Shown here piece by piece: positions 54,931-64,000 of a stretch of 64,000 nt of DNA. The position numbers and the translations under genes are program-made. Source of the DNA: Eledone cirrhosa (taxonomy: Eukaryota); contig OZ024746.1 of assembly GCA_964016885.1 (NCBI GenBank), forward strand, positions 83,514,001 through 83,578,000. The letters run 5' to 3'. Position 1 is the first letter of the stretch. Every line of letters begins with the position of its first letter. The notes under the pieces are model-generated. The model worked only from the letters and a program-made list of their open reading frames with translations. It was not told the origin of the DNA and made no database searches.

Positions 54931-57900
54931 TGTGTATATGCTTTTAAAGGAAATGACATTTCTCCATTGTTCATTAAATAGTCCAATATGTGAACTAGAA
55001 GAGTGAGGGGTCCATTATTGTAGTTAGAGGAATCACAATTATTTTTAATGGCTTCCTTTTATGCCACAATATTTTGGAATTTCTCTACATCCTGTATAGA
55101 ATTGGTAATGCTGTTATCTTTGTAGCTGTACTTGGTTACTTAGAGTAGATAGACCAAGTTTGGATTTGTCTGAGAATGTGGTTGGTTATTTGAGATGCAT
55201 CATCGTTTTTATTTCTCCTTTCCATGCTGACATGAGTTGGCATAGTTTCTATGGTTGGATGCCCTTCTTAACACCAACCACCTTACAGGCACTATTACTT
55301 TACAGAGTGGACTGGATGTGTTATATTGTGGTACTAGCACTAGCAAAGTTACCATAGGATCCTCCAGATGGAAGAGACCTCTTAGATTCTATATTATTTC
55401 TGTTCAAGATTACTCAGATCAAGTAATCGTGTAGAGACTGTCATTGGCTCTCACCTTATGGGTTTGATTGCTTGGTTGCAAGAAGAATATAAACATCCGG
55501 AAATCTAGGATGGATGTGTATCACATTCATGATAACACATTTAACAGAACATAGATATAACATTTTAACTTTTGAAATATATTTCATCTCTCTTTTTTTA
55601 TTCACACTCTTGGTCATGTTTGCCTTGAAAGAACAATGTCTATGTGGAGTATATATTGACCTGTAACTCCTGATAGTTGTATGGGTGCTGTCATGACGTG
55701 GCATGTCATGGGCACTTTAAACCTGGTGGAGCTCATTTCCTCTCTAGGTTTCAACTCAACCAAACCTTCAAAAGACAAAAAAAGAGTGATAGAAAGAAAA
55801 AGTGAGAAAGAACTATAGAAGAAGAATCAAACTCTGGACTGGTATTTTTTTTATCAACCACACATGGCAGGATTTGAACACAGAGAATGCAAAGAGCTGA
55901 AACGAATACCACAAATCATTCTGTCCAATGTTTTAATGATTCTGCCAATTTGCTGCACTATATGTGGAGTAGAAAGGACCTTTCTTTTAGTCTTTTAGCC
56001 TTGTTGGGGACAAAGCAACCTCTCTTGTGTTGTTTCTATAATAAAATATACTCATCACACTCTGTAAAATGTTTGAATTAAGAAAGGAAACCGGAAGCCA
56101 TGCCAAAAATGAAATTCCTGAACAGAATGTGGTCCTCTGCCCTGTCTATGAAGACATTAACCCTAAAAATTAACAGACTCAGATAGTGATGATCTGTCAA
56201 ACCTATGTCAATATGTAGACATAAAATGATGAGGGTTTAATGTATTATGTTTTTTGTTATACTTTTCTTAAAGGAGATGGAATAAGCTCTAAAGATAAGT
56301 GCAGTTGTATGTCTATGTCTGTGCTTCTATTTATGTTTGTTTGCTTGCTCAGTCTGTATATACATGTCTGTGAAGATGTGTACTCTTAGTGGTACCAGTT
56401 TATGAAATGAAATTAGCCAAGAAGTAAGCCTTTACACAGTTGCTTGACCTGCAAGAAATGGCTATCAAATCTCCCTTAAAAATAAGTTCGCATTGGAAAA
56501 TGGAATCTGTTCAATAAGAGTTGACCTGGGGCTAAATCATAACACAAAAAAAAAATAAATAAATAAATAAATGAATTAGTGATAGAAATAAATAAAAAAT
56601 ATAATTTATTAAATAACAGTAATCTTAAAAACTAGGTAAATTTGTATTTCTGAATAGAAATTATTTTATTAAGAGACATTTTATAGTTATTCTGGGAGAA
56701 TTATGTGATCCTCTTTACTTAATTTACTTTAATTCAACACCCACCTCTTTCAAGATTTGGACAATTGTATGAAAAATCCTCTCGTTAAATAGTCATACTG
56801 TCTTGCTTTTTTTTTACTATCTCATTATAATTTAAACTCTAGTGAAACAAATCCTTTCTAATCCTATTTTGGACAGTTTTATGCCATGGCTTTCATAGAT
56901 GGCTGTCTTTTGATTTATGTATTATTTTTAACTGTTGTGAAGGTTTATGTTCAACAACTTCGGCTCTCAGTTAGTTCTAACTCTATGGTATCACTATTAA
57001 TATATCAGCATTATCTAATTAATGATAAATGATACAATTCATTACATGACAGTTTTTTGGGTTTATAGGTTCTCATTTTGTGTTTCTACAATTTATGACT
57101 AATCTTTTCTCTTGACAGATAACTTTAATTATCAAAGATCCTTGATAACTAGACATCCTTAGAATAAAAATGGTTAACAAGTACAGTCCAAGCACTTTGA
57201 GATAATACGTTGAATTCTAAATTGTTATTTCATGTAACAAATTTGGTGTGAGGATTTATTCATGCATGATAATTCTTAGAATATTATATCTATATCTTAA
57301 AACTGAGTAACCCCATTGCTAATAATTGCACATTAATCTGTAAAAAATAACATTTTCTATTATTTCTTTGTTTACTAATTTCATGGCTTCAGATGGTTCA
57401 TTAGTTGGTTGGTTGTTGTGTGAACTGAAATAAATATGAAAAGTATCCCTTAAATATGTGAAAATCCTGAAATTTGCTAAGAATTGCATCAAAATATACT
57501 TGAGGACATTGAAATTTTTGATCAGAAGTGTGTAACCAATCACTCTATGAAATATGGTCTAACTGTTGCAGAGATGACAAATCATTTCCAGCTGTCATTA
57601 TGAATCACAGCTTGCATTACACAAAAATTCTATGAACATTCGGTAGCTTTTGTAGACGCCAACATATTGATCGGCAGCCACATAACAATTGTGATTAGTC
57701 AATTGCTTTATTGGATTACCATATATTGCTGTTGATTGGCTGAATAATTGAAACCCACAAAATTTGTAAACAAAGAAATAATAGAATATTTTTTTTTCAG
57801 GTTAGCATGTAGGTTTTAGTGAAGTGGAAGAATTTTCATGTATACCACAATAGGGTTGAGAGGACTCTTTGGTTGTGTCAAGGGCATGACAACCTTTCTA

Positions 57901-60774
57901 GTTTTTGGAAGTCTACATGATAAAACACATCTGGTGCTCTCTGTAAAGTGATTGGTGATAAGAAGGGCATCCAGCTATAGAAAACCTATCAAACAAAGGG
58001 TCTAGCGCACACTTCAGCTGTGTCAAAGACATGTTAGCCATCCCAGTGCTGGTAACACAATAGAATGCACTCGGTAGAGCACAAGACTGTATGTGAGATG
58101 TAGGCATCCCCTTCCAAATCATCTGAACACTTTGAGTCCAAGAACATGAATGGTATGCCACTCGGTCGGTCTGAAAGGTGATTAGCTCCACCTGAGTACA
58201 GACTTGATTTGTGACGACCCATCCAACCCTTGCTAGCTGGGAGAATGGATTTTAAATGATGATGATGAATTAAGTTGTCCCAGCTTTGTTGCATAGAAAT
58301 TGGAAGCTAAACATATAAATGGCATATATCTTATGGCCTTTCTATTATGTGAACATCACTTATTTGAATTTTAGATTTTCTGAACAAGAACTTAAGATAC
58401 CGTGAATATTTAATTAGCTATACTGTATATAACCCAAACTTGAGAATAATATTGGTGCCACCTTTTTGTGTTTTGTTTACAATAATTAAAAGTAAATTTG
58501 AATTACTGAAGAACATTTGAGAATGTTGCGTGAAAGAAGTGTTACTGACTCTAGTGCAATGATTTTTGCCCTTTGTTTATAGTTATCAAAAATACTGTTA
58601 CAGTCATTACTTTGTTCACTATTGATCACTTTGAACAGTGTTAGAATATTTTTTAACCATTTTGATACTAAACCACCTGAAACTGCATACAATACAAAAC
58701 TATCCATTTTAAAGTGTTTATATTTTTCTAAAAACCTTCCATCATAATTTTATGTAAGAACGTTTGTTAAGTTATGTTCCAAACACCTAATAACAAGAAT
58801 GTTAGTTGATTATTTTCAGAATTAATTGAAAATCATAGGCAGTGTCTTTCATTAAAAGTACATTAATGAAAGGGTTAACACATAAAATGTTTGTTGTAGT
58901 TACCATCTGAAGTGAAAGAGAACGTAATCAAACAGAAATAAACAATATATTATAGAGTCTGGTTCATTGTGAAAAGAATGAACAATAGTAGAAGGGCCTT
59001 TAACTCCTAGTGGAATCATAGGGGCAATGTCCTGACACATGGCCTGTCTTGGGGATTTTAAACTTGGCAGAGCCCATCCCTTTTCAGGTCAGAAGACGAT
59101 TTCTTCCAGTGAAAAAAAAGAAAAAAAGAAAAAGAGAGAGATTCTATTGAAGAATTGACTCCAAGACTGAACTGGTATTTTATTTATTGATCTCAAAAGG
59201 ATGAATGGTAAAGTTAACCTCAGTAAAGGATGAATGGTAAAGTTGAACTCGGAGCATAGGGAGCCAGAACAAATACCGAGGTATATTTAATCTGCTGTTT
59301 TGCCAATTCGTTGCCAACATTGTAAAAACACAAAATCTCTGTAAACATGATTCTTTTACGTAATTATGTTCCATATGGCTTCTTTTATTTATGACTAGAT
59401 CAGTTATCCGAACATTCAGATAATTGATGTCAGATTGTATTTTTATGTGATGTACTGGACTAATATCGATATAATGAATTTTAGGTTTCAGGAAAGTTCC
59501 TGTGATGACTTTGGTTCCATCTGTGTAGTGAATTATGGGTGTATCACATCAATCATTACCTTCTTACTACTTTAGAAATTTAGGACATTTATTTCAATGA
59601 TTCTCTTGGGAGATCTAAAAGAAAATCGGCTAGAGAAATTTTGTGAGAGCTTTTCTTCTCTCTCTCTTAAATTGGATCATTTATAAGTGTGCATTTCAGT
59701 TATCATAATAATGGTACAATTCATTCCAATTAACTATTTATCTTAATATTTATTAACAAACAAGATGTATATTTATCAACATTTCAAACAGGATACTCTT
59801 GCAAAATATCTATCACTGTTATCTGAAAATTGTGTTTAATGATGTGTAGCATCATCATTATCATCATCTTTTAATGTCTACATTTCCATGACTGCATGGG
59901 TTGAATATGATGATGATAATGTATGTTATATGTTGAACTTTCCATAATTTTTGTAAGGGTTTTTCTGAATGTATGTACTTCCTCTCACCAACCAGTTTAC
60001 AGCATCTACTTGGTGCATTATATTGTGTTATCAGCACAGGACTTAAGAATCTTCACTACCCTGCAGCAGATTTTATTCAGAATGACTGCTCGCATAGATG
60101 TGTTGTCTTCACTAGAGTTTATAAAGCCCACATCTGCCTCCTGCAGTCTTATTTATTCAGAATAACGGCCCTCATAGACATCTATATCGGTTTATTCATT
60201 TACTAGTTTCAGTCATCAGACTGCAACTATGCTGGTGCACCACCTTGATTATTGACCCCAATACTTATTTTATCAATATCTTTTTGGTGGACGGTTAAGT
60301 TAGAGGACACAGACAAAGACATGCTGTGGGCTTTTGTTGTTTTCAGCTACCAAATTGCACTCACAAAGCCTAACATGCTTATTATTTGAAAGCCAGCCAT
60401 GCAGGCTGTTTCATTGATTGAAGAACTAGAACACTCATCGTTGAAACTGATGGAGGTCCAGCAATTGATTGCATTTAATATATATATATATATATATATA
60501 AAATCACACACATGCACACGCACACAATCTCAGTAGTCTTTTGCATGTAAAAACATGTAGAATGTTGATGAAGATGGTGAAAGCATTATGTATGGATTTA
60601 AGTGTTTCACAAGTCTAGTGTGTGATTCAAATGATCAATCAGTGTATTGAGGGCACATCAAGGTCACTATGGGAGGTTTTTGTACTGCAGTCAATGTTTT
60701 CTGTCTGGCATTGCTGGTGTTAATAACTCTCTGATAGTTGCTTATTTACTAACTTATCTTGCTGTTTATAAAGT

Positions 60775-60805
<31 letters not shown>

Positions 60806-61502
60806 GGGCAATGTATTGGCAGTATCGGTAGAATGTCAGACAAAATGCTTCCCTTTATTTATTTGACTTTCTACATTCTGAGTTATAAACTTGCTGAGGT
60901 CAACTTTGCCTTTTATCCTTCTGGGGTTGATAAAATAAAGTACCAGTAATATAGGGCTTAATCAACTTCCCCTTCCACTCAAATTGCTGGTTTTGTGCCA
61001 AAATTAGAAATTATTTATTATATCTATATTTTTAGACATTATTATAAAGATATTACTGTTGCTTTTTCAATTGTGAAACCACAATTGAAAACACAACACT
61101 GGAATCTTTATAAGGATTTTTATTTGTAACATTGAATCAGAAATTGGTATAAAGCATATTTTTCTTTCTCTTCTCTCTTGAGAAATTCATATAAATATTT
61201 ACATATGTGAAAGGAAGGGAAATTTTTCTTAAGAGAACATTCAACATTTAAGTATGGAAGCAGTTATATATATATTTGTTTTATTTCTGTCAAATCGTAA
61301 TTACTGTACTGTATATTATATAGCTTTCTAAGTATTAAAGACAATGAGTGGATCAAGTGGAACTTGATAAACCTGATTTTTCACACCAAAGACCTTTTGG
61401 AAAATTCTCAGATTTCCCATCAATTATCATTTCAAAGGGGTCATGAACATTTCTCATTTATAAAATCCATGTAATCCCCACCCCTCTATCATGGCATTTA
61501 CC

Positions 61503-61535
<33 letters not shown>

Positions 61536-61621
61536 TAGGTGCCATCAGAGTGGGTGGTATATATATATATATAGTTACCACCCATTCTGATAGCATCTAC
61601 CATTATATATAAATATGTATG

Positions 61622-61675
<54 letters not shown>

Positions 61676-62076
61676 TTACCACAGTCATATGACTGGCTGC
61701 TGTTTCCTCCTTCCTCAGTAGACATATTAGACAATTGAAATCTTATGTAGTTGATATGACAAAAGTATTCTGATGAAGACCTTGAATCTACTACAAGAAC
61801 CCTCCTCCCTTGAGTATGTAAGGGATTGCTCTGAAAATGCTAAAGTTAATTAGAAATTGCTGACTTGCGGGTTATCTACTGGTGTTTTTCTTTAGTATTT
61901 TGTCTTTCCAGTATTTATAACAGCAGCAGGAGTCTATAGCTGTTCTATCAGATATTGACTTGCACTTAGTGTTCTTATCAGACTATAATATATCCATCTA
62001 CTCTTGGAACATTGACAAGACTATTAGTTAGATTTACACAAAAACAATTTTTTTTTTTTTTTTTTTTTCTGGTCAG

Positions 62077-62113
62077 GATTCTTGATTTGGATGTAGCCAT
62101 GTGCATCGCTGCA
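62077..62113 (+). CDS. weak candidate 37-nt exon (ILDLDVAMCIAA, or UTR plus MCIAA)
   Basis: Long T tract + CAG acceptor, GTAAGT donor, one open frame of three. No homology evidence. Confidence 0.25.
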
Positions 62114-62191
62114 GTAAGTGATAAGCTGGATATATATATATTTACATACATACACCCACATACAATTGTCTCCATTAGATATCTTACATCC

Positions 62192-62222
<31 letters not shown>

Positions 62223-62480
62223 CTGAAAAGTTGATGTAAGATACATCATCATCATTATCACTATCATCATTATCACCATTTATCATTACATCCATTTTCC
62301 ATGCTGGCATGGTTTGAATGGGATGTTTCGGATGCCCTTCTTGTTGCCAACCCCTTTAGTTGCCTTTTACAAACATGCAGGGGTATGGTGTACCTATTCT
62401 AATACCCGGGATACACAAGGGAATACATGTATATATGGAAAAATGGATGAATATATATATGGTTGACACAGTTTCTCAAA

Positions 62481-62712
62481 CCCTTTAGCATTTAAATTGG
62501 CTATTTGGCCAGAACTATCTCATCTCTTTCTGTTCAAACCGGCTGTAACCAGCTGCTCATACTTATATTAAGATATTGTTCTTAAAATGAATAATATCAA
62601 AATCTTGTAGATTTGATATTATGTGAGATTTGATATTATGTGAGATAATTATGTGAAATAAAGTTTTTACTGTGAAAAATACAATTGTAAATCTAGTGTA
62701 AATGCTAAAGGG
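62481..62712 (+). mobile_element. piggyBac-like MITE family 1, copy 8
   Basis: CCCTTTAGCATTT ... AAATGCTAAAGGG-TTAA; small internal tandem duplication. Confidence 0.88.
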
Positions 62713-63564
62713 TTAACATTGGTGGAGTCCATCTTCTCTCTAAGTTTGAACACAGTTTATTTCCTTCAAAGAAAGAAAGAGTGAGAGTGATGGAGCAGAA
62801 GTGAGAAATTGATGTCTTCTTCTTTCCTCTCATTCTACAAACTAAATAGCATACTAATTACAACTACAACTGTAGCAGCAGCATCAGCAGCAGCAACAAC
62901 AACATACTAGTATTAGGTAAAACAGTCATGTAGACACTTGCAAATATATATAATTTCTGAATGATAGCGCATGTAATTGTGCATCTGTTTGTGTGTGTGA
63001 TTATGTATGAGTGGGTGTGCATGTGCTTTTGTGGGTGTAAACATGTTTATTTGAGTGTGTGCATGTATTTAAGCAGATCTTTCTCTGTGTGTGTGTGTAC
63101 ACATGTGTGTGTAGTAAGCATGCTTTTATTTATGTGTCTGTATATATGAGTGTGTGTAACCATGTTTGTGTGTGTGTGTGAGAGAGAGAGGGAGAGAGAG
63201 AGGAGAGGTGATGATGTTAAAGGCATATTTTCTCCTGTAAACTGTAAGTGCCAAAATATTTCTGAAAGTGTAGGTTAACTTCATCATAATCCCTGTTGCT
63301 ATTTAGAACATCTTCCATGATCTGGTTGGCTTAAGGTAATGAAACACCTTGCATTTTTGTTGCAAGATTTACTTCACTGTACACTCACCTGTTTTACTAA
63401 TGATGAATTAGTAGTGTTGGCCTATTTAAAAATAAATTTTAAAAAATCTCAGAAACACATGCAAACAAATAAAAATAGAAGCAAACAAATGAGATAATAT
63501 GAATATGAGGTATTGCTTCTCATCATTGTAGCACAATACAATTGTATAAATTTATATTTCATGG

Positions 63565-63595
<31 letters not shown>

Positions 63596-64000
63596 GTTAA
63601 CAAATTTCATACACCCAGTACATTCTGCAAAGTGGTTAATAGAAGGAAGAGTATCTAAATATGGAAAAACTGCCAAACAAAGGGTCAGAAGGATTCTTCA
63701 GTTGTCTGAGATATGACAACCTCCTTAGTGCTGGTGCTATGATAAAATGCACTCAGTAGAGCAAGGGAATCTATGTACGCGAGATGAGGGTCCTAGCCTG
63801 TCTAATCACTTGGTAGAGAGTAAGAACATATGTAAGCAAGATGCGAGTTCCCTGCTCAGTAGAGTGCAGGAACATATGTGAGATGCAGGACCAGAAAAGT
63901 CTATCTTTGCCAGCAGGGAAAACATGTTAAATGATGATAATGATGTTGATTTCAATCTGTTACAAGTAAACATTGTGTCTGTATGCTCAAGATTGGCATC

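Noticed and set aside
57095-57165. Strong acceptor (GACTAAT...TTGACAG)
   Set aside because: All three frames close within ~45 nt and no good donor follows.
60200-60225. Minus-strand CTGATGACTGAAACTAGTA, hammerhead-like
   Set aside because: No stem II; it lies in a SINE end whose usual form I recall as GTCAAATGACTGAAAC, so likely chance.
61768-61845. CTGATGAAGACC...CTGAAA possible hammerhead
   Set aside because: Stems II and III cannot be paired convincingly.

Overview
AT-rich eukaryotic (animal) genomic DNA, most likely an octopod cephalopod judging from recalled SINE motifs (not verified by search). No convincing intact protein-coding gene is visible, and the very long ORFs are microsatellite artefacts. 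The window is a dense mosaic of repeats: at least five SINE-like families, 3' fragments of RTE-clade LINEs, one decayed R4/Dong-like (RLE) LINE, Penelope-like remnants carrying minimal hammerhead ribozyme motifs, and MITEs of piggyBac (TTAA), PIF/Harbinger (TAA), Tc1/mariner (TA) and hAT type. It also has a ~4.7 kb compound (TA)/(TG) microsatellite and a 200-N scaffold gap. CpG is visibly common in the first ~10.9 kb and scarce afterwards, suggesting an unmethylated promoter-like zone followed by a methylated gene body (large intron); three weak exon candidates are noted. The most interesting signals are RNA-structural: three hammerhead cores plus half-cores, a probable 3' half of an HDV-like ribozyme on an internally deleted RTE-like element, and an array of 4-5 tandem H-type pseudoknots with apparent covariation in the RTE 3'UTR / SINE tail family.
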